Source of the DNA: Flavobacteriales bacterium
GTDB taxonomy: Bacteria; Bacteroidota; Bacteroidia; Flavobacteriales; Flavobacteriaceae
Direction: 5' to 3'
NCBI GenBank assembly: GCA_003331305.1
Contig: QOQB01000008.1
Coordinates: 4,305-68,304, forward strand
DNA length: 64,000 nt
The notes beneath the pieces are model-generated. The model saw nothing but the letters and a program-made list of their open reading frames with translations, had not been told where the DNA came from and did no database searches. Shown here one piece after another: positions 49,313 through 58,907 of the stretch. Position 1 is the first letter of the stretch. Each line of letters opens with the position of its first letter. The translations under genes were made by a program, and so were the position numbers.

Positions 49313-50554
49313 ATGAATGAAATAAAGACAAAGAATAAATCTCAAAAAAGACTCTTAATAGAGAACATTGTATCACTCTCTTTACTGCAGTGGGTCAATT
49401 ACCTAGTTCCACTTTTATTAATACCATTTTTGGTAAGATCATTAGGCATAGAAGTTTTTGGACTTGTTATGTTCGCTCAATCAGTCTCAACAATTTTTAT
49501 AATTTTTTCAGATCTCGGCTTTTCAATAACGGGGACTCGTAAAATTTCTATTCATACAGATGATAAAAAGCAAATTTCAGAGATATTTTGGGACATAACA
49601 ACAATAAAAGCAGCTACATTGATACTTTTATTTGGTGTTTTGCTTATATTAATTGCATTTGTCCCCAAGTTTTCTAAAGAGCCATTATTATTTATTTTTT
49701 CCTACGGAGTTACCATTGGTTCGACTGTTTTTCCATCTTGGTTTTTTCAAGGTATTCAAAAGATGAAGACAATTACAGTCGTAAATGCTACTGCAAAACT
49801 AATTTTTGCCCTTCTTGTTGTAATCTATGTATCGTCGCCAGAGGATTATTTATTAGTCCCATTGTTTAATTCTTCAGGATTTATAATCGCGGGTTTCTCG
49901 GGACTGATTTATGCAACTCGCCATGTAACATTTTTAATGCCTAAGCTCAAAAATATCAAGGCACAAATAAAAGAGAGCGCACCCGTTTTGTTGTCATCTA
50001 TTTCAATAACGCTTTATACCTCTAGCAATGTCTTAATTTTAGGCTTTTTAACAAACAACACTATTACAGGCGTATATGCTAGTTTTGAAAAGGTAATTTT
50101 AGCACTTAAAGGAGTGTATAGCCCAATTTATCAGGCAATGTTCCCTTGGCTTTCAATGAAGAAGAATATTAACAAATTTATTAGAAAAACGGAAATTTAT
50201 GTTTTCATAATTGGTCTCATAGGGTCATTTTTTTTAATTGTTTTTTCGAGGCAAATACTACAAACCCTTTTCAATAATGAACTTATTATCTCTTACAACA
50301 AAGGCTTTCAATTAATCTCTACTGTTTTGCTCTTAGCAGGAATGAATATGCTGTATAACTTTCTTTTCTTGTCAGCAAAAAAAGAATATATCTTGCGCAT
50401 GAAAATTTTGGGAACCACAAGCCTTATTGGTCTTTTTCTGTCCATAACCTTAACTGCTAGTTATGGGATTTATGGAACTATAATAGCTGTTGTATCAACA
50501 GAGCTAATACTTCTAATATGGGGGTATTTCACATATAAGAAACTTACGCTGTGA
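49313..50554 (+). CDS. wzx: Oligosaccharide flippase (Wzx, MOP superfamily)
   Basis: 413 aa with about 12 TM helices. N-terminus ...LLIENIVSLSLLQWVNYLVPLLLIPFLVRSLG is typical of Wzx/RfbX. Confidence 0.8.
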   Translation: MNEIKTKNKSQKRLLIENIVSLSLLQWVNYLVPLLLIPFLVRSLGIEVFGLVMFAQSVSTIFIIFSDLGFSITGTRKISIHTDDKKQISEIFWDITTIKAATLILLFGVLLILIAFVPKFSKEPLLFIFSYGVTIGSTVFPSWFFQGIQKMKTITVVNATAKLIFALLVVIYVSSPEDYLLVPLFNSSGFIIAGFSGLIYATRHVTFLMPKLKNIKAQIKESAPVLLSSISITLYTSSNVLILGFLTNNTITGVYASFEKVILALKGVYSPIYQAMFPWLSMKKNINKFIRKTEIYVFIIGLIGSFFLIVFSRQILQTLFNNELIISYNKGFQLISTVLLLAGMNMLYNFLFLSAKKEYILRMKILGTTSLIGLFLSITLTASYGIYGTIIAVVSTELILLIWGYFTYKKLTL

Positions 50555-51618
50555 AAAACCTTATAATGATACAAGTTGTCACCCCCGACTACAGGGAAAA
50601 GTTTTTCGGACATTTACAGAAAAACCTTGGCAATAGTTTTCGTTTGTATTCAGGGGACGTAGATTTTCAAAAGTCAATTAAGTCAGAGCATAATGTTCTT
50701 AAAACTAAAATAATTAATACGTTTTTGTTTAAGCGTAGTCTCTTATTTCAATTCGGCAGTCATTGGCAAGAACTCTTCAAAAAAAACATTATGGTTATTG
50801 GGCTTAATCCAAGAATAATCTCCAATTGGATTTTTCTTATTCTAAGAAAACCATTGGGGTTAAAAACCTATGTGTGGGGACACGCTTGGCCTAGAAAAGG
50901 GCCAAACAGCAAGACGGCTCGTATTAGGCACCTTATGCAGCGTTTTGCCTCAGGTACTATAACGTACTCAGAAGCACATAAAAAAGAATTGATGGTTAAA
51001 TATCCTAAACTACGTATTTTGAGTGCGCCCAATGCGTTATACTCACAAAGTGAAATGGGAGGACTTGAGCTCTCAATGGATGAGGCAAAAAACATCATAT
51101 ACGTTGGAAGGTTAGTCGCTGCTAAAAAACCACTTTTTTTGGTTAAAGCATTTCACAAGCTTCTTGATTTAGACACGAACCTAATTATTGTGGGAGATGG
51201 CCCAGAAAGGAAAAAGATTGATGAATATGTTGAAACTCACAACCTTGGGTTAAGAGTTCAATTAACGGGCCATATAAACAATTTTAATAAGCTAAAGGAG
51301 CTTTACGCCAAATCCTTGGTTAGTGTTTCTCCAGGCTATGTAGGCCTTTCGATTACACAAAGCTTTGCTTTTGGGGTTCCGATGTTAATTTCTAGAAATG
51401 AAGATCATTCTCCTGAAATAGAAGCGGCAAAAGAAAGTAGTAATGCCGTTTTTTTTCAAACAGATAATCAAAATGACTTTTGCTTAAAAGTAGAAGAAAT
51501 TTTCAAATCTAAAAAAGTGTTTTTTGAAAAAAGAAATATAATTGCTGATCTATGTAAAAAGCATTATACTGTTGAGCAAATGGCAATTTCTTTCGTTCAA
51601 ATTTTAAGAGACAATTAA
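50551..51618 (+). CDS. Glycosyltransferase (GT-B, GT4-like)
   Basis: 355 aa. C-terminal GT1/GT4 domain (IIYVGRLVAAKKP...LIIVGDGPERKK...SPEIEAAKES). Confidence 0.8.
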   Translation: MKNLIMIQVVTPDYREKFFGHLQKNLGNSFRLYSGDVDFQKSIKSEHNVLKTKIINTFLFKRSLLFQFGSHWQELFKKNIMVIGLNPRIISNWIFLILRKPLGLKTYVWGHAWPRKGPNSKTARIRHLMQRFASGTITYSEAHKKELMVKYPKLRILSAPNALYSQSEMGGLELSMDEAKNIIYVGRLVAAKKPLFLVKAFHKLLDLDTNLIIVGDGPERKKIDEYVETHNLGLRVQLTGHINNFNKLKELYAKSLVSVSPGYVGLSITQSFAFGVPMLISRNEDHSPEIEAAKESSNAVFFQTDNQNDFCLKVEEIFKSKKVFFEKRNIIADLCKKHYTVEQMAISFVQILRDN

Positions 51619-51619
51619 A

Positions 51620-52891
51620 ATGATATTTTCTATTATCGTTTTTATAGGAATTGTTTTAACGTGCTTTAAGTCGCCACACAAAGGTCTTATTCTGCTATTG
51701 AATATAAATATTATTAGGAACCTTCAGTCGATCAGTATTCAAAACCCCTGCTTAAAGTGTGTTTCTGATCAAGATATTCTTCTTGGTGGGGTGCTGCAAG
51801 TATTAGGGTTAATAATAGTTTCTGCTATAGGGACATCAGCCAAAAATTCCAAATATAAGCTTGACTTTATAGATATGTTTTTAGGGCTAACTTTTTTGTT
51901 GCTTGTTATATCCTCAGGGATTAGTGATTCTCCAAACGAAGCATTTCTTTATACCACCAAGTATTTACTATTGGGAATCCCGTATTTTTTTGTTACAAAA
52001 GCATTACTTATTAACTCGAAGGACTTTAAGGAAAATCTAACTAAAATGTTAGTTTTTTCAGTTAATCTTTCAGTTATTTTCGGAATTATTGCTGCACTAG
52101 TAGTAATAATTAGCGGCTATGAAGAGCCTTATGCCAAGTATGGAGTAGTCATGCGACTAACGATTCAAGGGGTTCACCCAATTCCTTTTGCACAAGCTAT
52201 AGGCTTCGGGTTATTATCAGCGTTATTCTTAATTATTAATAAAATTAAAACAAAAAAAAGTGTTTTAAAATTATTGTTTAAAGCTGCTTTTTTAATAATT
52301 ATATTGCTTTTTACAAATACTCGGGGTGTAGTTGTAAGCCTTGTTTTTTCTCTTATCGTGGCAGGAGGACTTTATTTAAAAAAACCTAAAATTAATAAGA
52401 AAACAGCAACAATTATTTTAGTTTCTAGTTTAAGTTTAATTGTAGCAATAATTATTTTTGTAGACATAAAAGATATATTTGGAAGGTTTTATTTTGACGC
52501 ATATGCTTTTGAGTCAATTCTTCAGCGTTTTGATTCTTTATTCGAAAGCATTAGAATATTTAGGCAAAATCTCTACACCGGTATAGGCCCAACAGCTTTC
52601 CCCACATATTCAATTCTGCCATACCCCCACAACTTTATTTTAGAGTATATTGTGTTTTTTGGAATTTGGGGAGCAATTCTAATATTACTACTCACTATCT
52701 TTATAACTGAGCTATATATAATAACGGCAAAAAACAAAAAAGACATTTTTTATGTATTCCTTTTCATAACATTTCTTTTTTATTTTATAGAAACTCAGTT
52801 AAGTTTTACTCTTTGGACTCATAAAGGAGTATACTTTTCATTAGGATTGCTTATGGCATATTATACTATTAACAAAAGAAGTGTCAAATAG
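51620..52891 (+). CDS. O-antigen polymerase/ligase-family membrane protein (Wzy-like)
   Basis: 423 aa with 10 or more TM helices. Wzy_C-type loop with LFTNTRG and ...PYPHNFILEYIVFFGIWG. Confidence 0.75.
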   Translation: MIFSIIVFIGIVLTCFKSPHKGLILLLNINIIRNLQSISIQNPCLKCVSDQDILLGGVLQVLGLIIVSAIGTSAKNSKYKLDFIDMFLGLTFLLLVISSGISDSPNEAFLYTTKYLLLGIPYFFVTKALLINSKDFKENLTKMLVFSVNLSVIFGIIAALVVIISGYEEPYAKYGVVMRLTIQGVHPIPFAQAIGFGLLSALFLIINKIKTKKSVLKLLFKAAFLIIILLFTNTRGVVVSLVFSLIVAGGLYLKKPKINKKTATIILVSSLSLIVAIIIFVDIKDIFGRFYFDAYAFESILQRFDSLFESIRIFRQNLYTGIGPTAFPTYSILPYPHNFILEYIVFFGIWGAILILLLTIFITELYIITAKNKKDIFYVFLFITFLFYFIETQLSFTLWTHKGVYFSLGLLMAYYTINKRSVK

Positions 52892-52892
52892 G

Positions 52893-55163
52893 ATGAAAAA
52901 GACAATTGATAGATTACTTGCGCTTTTTGTATACAGTTTTTCAGCAATAATTTTTATGCCCCCTGCGATCAAACCATTATTAATCATTGGTCTTGGGTTA
53001 ATATCTCTGATGCAATTTGTTATCTCAAAGAAACGTAGTATAAATAAAACGCTTTTTACCCTATCATGCATAGTATTTGTTTTTTATTGTTTAAGCTTAA
53101 CAGGCTCTATTAATATTGCAGATGGTTTAAAAATGTTGGAAACAAAGCTTTCAATGTTTTTTATTCCTTTAATTTTCTCAGTTTTTTTATCTGGAAAAAA
53201 GATAAGGGAAGCCACTTCCGTGGAAAAGTTTAGCAATCTTTTTTACTATATGAATACTGCATACTCTGTTGTTTTGCTTGTTTATTTTACTCAATACGAA
53301 AACCCCAAATATCCAAACCTTTACATACCAGGGTTTTATCAAAGTGCTTCCAGAGAAATTCCCTTTATTGGAGAACATCATACCTATATTGGTCTTATAC
53401 TCGCCACATCCATTCTTCTTTTATTTAGCTTAAAGAAAAAAACAGATTTTTTCAAACCCTCTTTTTCTACGCTATGCTTAGCGCCTATGGGAATTTTAAT
53501 TTGGCTACTACAGCCCAGAGCAATCATTTTAGGCCTATTCATTGCGCTATTGATGTTGTTTTGGACTGCTATTAGGAAAAATATGATAGTTATTACAGCA
53601 AGTATTTTTACGGCAGGCACTATTATTCTAGCACTAACTCCTGAAAAAAACAACCGCTTTTTAGAAATCAAAAACCTATTTAACTACAGCCAGTTTAATT
53701 CTGCAAGCCAACGATTAATTATCTTAGAGTGTACAGTTGCGCAAATAAAACAAAATCCATTTGTGGGATTGGGAATAGGAACTACCAATAGAGCCATTGG
53801 CGATTGTTTCAATAAAAAAACAAACGATTTTGAGTGGAAAGCGATAAACACTCACAACCAATATCTTGACTTATGGCTTACATGTGGACCTTACGCATTA
53901 ATTTTTTTCTTATTTTTCCTTTTTAGTATTAGAAAACACATGTTAGAGTCAGGGAATAAAAGATTTATTCCTATTCTTCTTTTGTTTGTATTAACAATGT
54001 TTTTTGAGAATATCTTGGAGCGCCAAACAGGCATTATGGTGTTTTACTTTATTATCTTCTATCTTGTAGGGGGGGACACAAAAAGAAGCCACCAAAGAGT
54101 GCTTTTAATAGGCCCACTTCCAAATCCAGTTACAGGCCTTTCAATAGCCAACGAACTAGCCTTAAGTACACTTAACCCCACGGGTAAGCCTCTTTTGTCT
54201 ATCAACACTTCTCCAAAGCGCTTCAGCGAAAAGTTAGGACGGTTTAATTTAATTTCTCTATTGCATTTTACTCTCAACTATTTAGAAATCTATAAAATTA
54301 TATCTGTGAGCAAGGTCTATTATACTCCCGGGCAAACATTTTTCGGAGTTTTGAAATACGCCCCCTTTGTTTTGTTTTCCAAATTCTTGGGGAAAGAAAT
54401 TATTGTCCATATTCATGGAAATTATGTTGCTAAACAATACGAGAAACTAGATGGATTACAAAAAAGAATATTTAGAAAAATATTATCATATAGCAATAAG
54501 GGAATCGTATTGTCAAAAACCCTACATAACAACTTAAGCCCTTTCATTGCTAAAGAAAATGTTTTTGTGCTTCCAAATTTTTATAACAAGCAACTTACCG
54601 AACAGCCTGTTGAAAAGGCATTTTCTGAATTAAAGATTTGTTATTTAAGTAATTTAATGAATGAAAAAGGTGTCTTCTTTCTTCTTGAAGCACTTGAAGA
54701 ATTAAATGCAAAAGGTATTTCTTTCAAAGCCACAATAGCGGGTCATATAGAACAATCACAGCAAGAAATACTTTTAAATAAAATGTCTCAAATAGAAGGA
54801 CTTATGTATAAGGGATTAGTTAGAGGCGAAGAGAAGAGTCAAATGTTGCAAGAGGCCAATGTCTTTGTATTACCAACATTTTATAGGATGGAGGGGTTGC
54901 CGATTTCGATAATAGAAGCAATGGCAACGGGAAATGTGATTATAACTACAAATCATGGCGCTATTCCAGATTTAATCACAGAAGGCGAAAATGGATTTTT
55001 AATTAAGAAAAAGTCTGCAGATGCAATTGTTGAAAAATTATTGTTTCTTGTGGAAAACCCATCAAAAGCAAAAGAAATTTCAAACAACAATATTCTGAAA
55101 GCTAAAAGAAGTTTTACTAGTGAAAAGTTTTCGGAGAAACTTTTAAATATATTAGATGCATAA
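52893..55163 (+). CDS. Fusion protein: Wzy/O-antigen-ligase-like membrane domain plus GT4 glycosyltransferase
   Basis: About 756 aa. The N-terminal ~400 aa are polytopic with LLQPRAI and NTHNQYLDLWLTCGPYA (Wzy_C-like). The C-terminal ~360 aa are GT4 with the EX7E motif EGLPISIIEAMATGN. ATG 52893 is preferred to GTG 52881. Confidence 0.75.
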   Translation: MKKTIDRLLALFVYSFSAIIFMPPAIKPLLIIGLGLISLMQFVISKKRSINKTLFTLSCIVFVFYCLSLTGSINIADGLKMLETKLSMFFIPLIFSVFLSGKKIREATSVEKFSNLFYYMNTAYSVVLLVYFTQYENPKYPNLYIPGFYQSASREIPFIGEHHTYIGLILATSILLLFSLKKKTDFFKPSFSTLCLAPMGILIWLLQPRAIILGLFIALLMLFWTAIRKNMIVITASIFTAGTIILALTPEKNNRFLEIKNLFNYSQFNSASQRLIILECTVAQIKQNPFVGLGIGTTNRAIGDCFNKKTNDFEWKAINTHNQYLDLWLTCGPYALIFFLFFLFSIRKHMLESGNKRFIPILLLFVLTMFFENILERQTGIMVFYFIIFYLVGGDTKRSHQRVLLIGPLPNPVTGLSIANELALSTLNPTGKPLLSINTSPKRFSEKLGRFNLISLLHFTLNYLEIYKIISVSKVYYTPGQTFFGVLKYAPFVLFSKFLGKEIIVHIHGNYVAKQYEKLDGLQKRIFRKILSYSNKGIVLSKTLHNNLSPFIAKENVFVLPNFYNKQLTEQPVEKAFSELKICYLSNLMNEKGVFFLLEALEELNAKGISFKATIAGHIEQSQQEILLNKMSQIEGLMYKGLVRGEEKSQMLQEANVFVLPTFYRMEGLPISIIEAMATGNVIITTNHGAIPDLITEGENGFLIKKKSADAIVEKLLFLVENPSKAKEISNNNILKAKRSFTSEKFSEKLLNILDA

Positions 55164-55701
55164 GCTCAGCTTACACAGAATCCCTAAGAGTTTTAGAGGC
55201 AAATCAAAGCTTTATGTACAGCTGTGGTGGCTTGTTCAAGCTATCTTTATAAGCCTCTCTCCACAGGTTTTCTACGGTTGGAGAAGGTTTTGGTTAAGGA
55301 GCTTTGGCGCAACGATTGGAAAGAAGGTGCTTATTAGACCCTCTGTAAAAATTACGTACCCATGGAAAGTATCCATTGGGGATTATTCTTGGATTGGGGA
55401 TGATGTCGTACTCTACAGTCTGGGAGAAATTGAAATAGGAAGCAATACCGTTATTTCTCAAAAGAGTTATTTATGTACAGGGTCTCATGATTACACCAAA
55501 GAAACCTTTGATATATTTGCAAAGAAAATTACAGTCGGAAATGGTTGTTGGCTGGCCACTGACGTTTTTGTAGCACCAGGAATTGATATTGCTGACGGAG
55601 CTGTTATAGGAGCAAGAAGCTCGGTTTTTAAAAATATAGAAATGAATACTATTAATATTGGATCTCCAACCAAAAATATTGGAAATCGGACAAAAGCATA
55701 G
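55156..55701 (+). CDS. Hexapeptide-repeat O-acetyltransferase (WcaF-like)
   Basis: 181 aa. Left-handed beta-helix repeats (IGDYSWIGDDVVLYS, IGSNTVISQ, VGNGCWLATDVFV, IADGAVIGARSSV). Confidence 0.8.
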   Translation: MHKLSLHRIPKSFRGKSKLYVQLWWLVQAIFISLSPQVFYGWRRFWLRSFGATIGKKVLIRPSVKITYPWKVSIGDYSWIGDDVVLYSLGEIEIGSNTVISQKSYLCTGSHDYTKETFDIFAKKITVGNGCWLATDVFVAPGIDIADGAVIGARSSVFKNIEMNTINIGSPTKNIGNRTKA

Positions 55702-55702
55702 T

Positions 55703-56893
55703 GTGAAAACCCTTCTAATATCTCCCTTTTTTTATCCCGATGAAATTGGCATTGCCCTTTACAATAAACTTACTGTAGAGTATCTTTTAGAAAAGAAACA
55801 GGATGTCAGTATCATCACAGCAGTCCCCTATTACCCTGAATGGAAAATCAAGCAACCATACGATAAGGCTAAGCTTTTCTCAAGAGAAAAGTATTTAGCA
55901 GCAACTGTTTTTCGAGTAAAGCATTTTGTCCCAAAAAAACCCACTGCTCTAAAGAGAGTTTTACAATTATTGCATTTTACATTGCTTTCATTAAGATATG
56001 TTTTTTCTGTGCCGAAAGATTGTAAAATTATAGTAGTTTCACCATTTACAAGCGGGATTATTACGGCTTTAGTCATAAAATTGTTTCGAGGAGGAAAGAT
56101 TTGGTGCCATGTTCAAGATTTTGAATTTGATGCAGCAGCAGCGACTTTTACCTTTAAGCGATTTATAAAACCTCTCTACAAAATAGAATCGTTTTTGTTC
56201 AATAGGTGCGATAAAATTAGTACGATAAGCAATGCAATGTTTGAAAAACTAAAGAACAAGACAAATACTCCAGCGATTTTATTTCCTAATTTTATTAATG
56301 TCGAAAGCTTTAAAAACACAAAAGACGAACCCCATCCTTACTACCTTGAAACAGGGAGACCTCAACTTCTGTATAGTGGCAACCTTGGAGAAAAACAAGA
56401 TTGGGATTTTTTTCAAAGTTTTTGCCAAGAGGTCATAGATGATATTGATATTACCGTTGTAGGTAATGGCGCCATGGGGGACAATCTTAAAGACAAACTC
56501 AAGGGCTTAAGCAACATCCGCTTTTTTAATTTAGTTCCGTATTCAGAATTGCCACAACTTTTGTGTAGTTTTGACGGACATATATTATTCCAAAAAAAAG
56601 AAGTTATTGACAGTGTTATGCCCTCCAAACTTATAGCAATGATGTTAAGTGGAAAACCTTCTTTTCTTTACGGTAATCCTCTATCTGAATCTAAACTTGT
56701 AGTTGAAGAATCAAGGGGTGGGATTTTTTACAGTGGAAATAGCGTGAAAGAGCTTTCGGAAATGGTCATTGATTTATTAGCTGATGATAAAAAGAGAGAA
56801 TCAATGGGCAACGCCGCTAAAAGATACGCTCAACTTCATTTTTCTGATAAAAATATTTTAAGAGATTTTGAGAATAACCTAAAGCATTTGTAG
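55703..56893 (+). CDS. Glycosyltransferase (GT4, WcaI/WbuB-like)
   Basis: N-terminus (V)KTLLISPFFYPDEIG is typical of the WcaI/WbuB group. In-frame GTG 55703, directly after the upstream stop, is preferred; the ORF is open from 55658. Confidence 0.75.
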   Translation: MKTLLISPFFYPDEIGIALYNKLTVEYLLEKKQDVSIITAVPYYPEWKIKQPYDKAKLFSREKYLAATVFRVKHFVPKKPTALKRVLQLLHFTLLSLRYVFSVPKDCKIIVVSPFTSGIITALVIKLFRGGKIWCHVQDFEFDAAAATFTFKRFIKPLYKIESFLFNRCDKISTISNAMFEKLKNKTNTPAILFPNFINVESFKNTKDEPHPYYLETGRPQLLYSGNLGEKQDWDFFQSFCQEVIDDIDITVVGNGAMGDNLKDKLKGLSNIRFFNLVPYSELPQLLCSFDGHILFQKKEVIDSVMPSKLIAMMLSGKPSFLYGNPLSESKLVVEESRGGIFYSGNSVKELSEMVIDLLADDKKRESMGNAAKRYAQLHFSDKNILRDFENNLKHL

Positions 56894-56894
56894 G

Positions 56895-58193
56895 ATGAAA
56901 ATAACTGTTATCGGCACCGGCTATGTAGGTCTAGTCACAGGCACTTGTTTGGCAGAAGCTGGCAATGATGTTTTGTGCATTGATATTGATAGCGCAAAGG
57001 TGCAGAAAATGCAAAACGGCGAGGTACCCATTTATGAGCCGCATTTGGAAACTTATTTTGAACGAAACATCAAGTCAGGTAGACTTCACTTTTCAACCAA
57101 AATTGAAGAGGGCGTTGCACACGGAGAAGTCATTTTTTTAGCCCTGCCTACGCCAGAAGATGAAGACGGTTCTGCCGACTTATCTTATGTATTGGGTGTT
57201 GCCAATCAAATTGGTGACCTGATGAAAGACTACAAAATTGTGGTAAGTAAAAGTACTGTGCCAGTAGGCACAGGCGAGCGTGTGAAAGCAACCTTAAAAG
57301 CCAAAACGGATGTTTCTTTTGACGTGGTCTCTAACCCAGAGTTTTTACGCGAAGGATTTGCGGTAGAAGATTTTATGAAACCCGACAGAATTGTGGTGGG
57401 TGTGGAATCAGAAAGAGCTCAGAAAACCATGGAAAAGCTTTACAAGAATTTTGTTCGTACAGGAAACCCCATTGTGTTTATGGATATTAAATCGGCAGAA
57501 CTCACCAAATACGCCGCTAACGCCTTTTTGGCAACCAAAATCACGTACATGAATGAAATCGCAAATTATTGCGAAAAAGTTGGTGCGAATGTAGATGATG
57601 TTCGAATGGGCATGGGTCTTGATGAGCGTATTGGCAAACGCTTTCTTTTCCCTGGGATTGGCTATGGCGGTTCATGCTTTCCAAAAGATGTAAAAGCATT
57701 ACACAAATCGGGCAAAGATGCGCAGCATCACTTTGCTATTCTGGACAGTGTGATTGAGGTAAATGAAAAACAAAAAACAGTATTATTTCCTAAAATGCAA
57801 CACCATTTTGATGGAAATTTAAAAGGCAAAAATATCGCCGTTTGGGGTCTGGCATTTAAGCCCGATACGGATGACATTCGCGAAGCCCCTTCTCTCTATA
57901 TGATTGATAAGCTGCTTGGCGCAGGCGCAGCTGTTACTGCTTTTGACCCAGAGGCGATGGATAACGTAAAAGCGAAATTGGGCGATAGCATTGCCTTTGC
58001 CTCAAGCATGAAGGAAGCTGTTCAAGGCGCAGATGCCTTACTTATTTGCACAGAGTGGCACGCTTTTAGGAATCCAGATTTTGAAGGGTTAAAAGCAGCC
58101 CTAAAAAGCCACGTTATTTTTGATGGGCGCAACATTTACAACCCCGAAGAAATGAAGGCGCTAGGATTTGCATATTATTCTGTAGGACGATGA
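56895..58193 (+). CDS. ugd: UDP-glucose 6-dehydrogenase
   Basis: 432 aa. NAD motif KITVIGTGYVGLV and catalytic Cys in GYGGSCFPKD. Confidence 0.92.
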   Translation: MKITVIGTGYVGLVTGTCLAEAGNDVLCIDIDSAKVQKMQNGEVPIYEPHLETYFERNIKSGRLHFSTKIEEGVAHGEVIFLALPTPEDEDGSADLSYVLGVANQIGDLMKDYKIVVSKSTVPVGTGERVKATLKAKTDVSFDVVSNPEFLREGFAVEDFMKPDRIVVGVESERAQKTMEKLYKNFVRTGNPIVFMDIKSAELTKYAANAFLATKITYMNEIANYCEKVGANVDDVRMGMGLDERIGKRFLFPGIGYGGSCFPKDVKALHKSGKDAQHHFAILDSVIEVNEKQKTVLFPKMQHHFDGNLKGKNIAVWGLAFKPDTDDIREAPSLYMIDKLLGAGAAVTAFDPEAMDNVKAKLGDSIAFASSMKEAVQGADALLICTEWHAFRNPDFEGLKAALKSHVIFDGRNIYNPEEMKALGFAYYSVGR

Positions 58194-58888
58194 AAACAGT
58201 CATAAAAAGATTATTGAATAATTTAAGAAACAGCCATATAAAAAGAGACATTAGATTGAAAAGTAAATGGTTTGGAAACAAATATGGTGGTTTTTATATT
58301 ATACCAAAGCTTCTTAATATTAATGCAACCGTATATTCTTTTGGAGTAGGAAAAGACATTTCTTTTGACAGAACGCTCATAAGCATTTTTGATTGCCAAA
58401 TATTTGCATTTGACCCAACACCAGATTCAATAGCATGGTGTAAACAACAAAATTTACCAGAACAATTCAAACTTTATGAATATGGATTATCTAAAAAATC
58501 AGAAAACGGCACATTTTTTTTACCAAAAAACAAAAACCACGTTTCAGGAAGTTTAGTCGACCATACACAAGTATCCTCTAAAAATACAGTATCTGTCAAA
58601 ATGAAATCTTTTAACGATATTTTGATGAACTTTAAACACGAAAAAGTAGATCTTATTAAAATGGATATAGAGGGTTCTGAATATGATGTTGCTGAAAGTA
58701 TCCTAAACTCAGGTATTGATATTAGTCAAATAGTTTTAGAAATCCATGAACGATTTTTTCAAAATGGAAAAGAAAAAACAATAAGACTTTTAGAAGCTTT
58801 TAGAAAAAATGGATTTTTGTTGCATTCAATTTCAAGCAGTTATGAGGAGCTGTCTTTTGTACATAAAAAAGCGACTCAATACTTATAA
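58190..58888 (+). CDS. FkbM-family methyltransferase
   Basis: 232 aa. Motifs VYSFGVGKDISFD and IDLIKMDIEGSEY are characteristic of FkbM methyltransferases. Confidence 0.75.
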   Translation: MKTVIKRLLNNLRNSHIKRDIRLKSKWFGNKYGGFYIIPKLLNINATVYSFGVGKDISFDRTLISIFDCQIFAFDPTPDSIAWCKQQNLPEQFKLYEYGLSKKSENGTFFLPKNKNHVSGSLVDHTQVSSKNTVSVKMKSFNDILMNFKHEKVDLIKMDIEGSEYDVAESILNSGIDISQIVLEIHERFFQNGKEKTIRLLEAFRKNGFLLHSISSSYEELSFVHKKATQYL

Positions 58889-58907
58889 CTTTCAAGAAAC
58901 ATATTAA

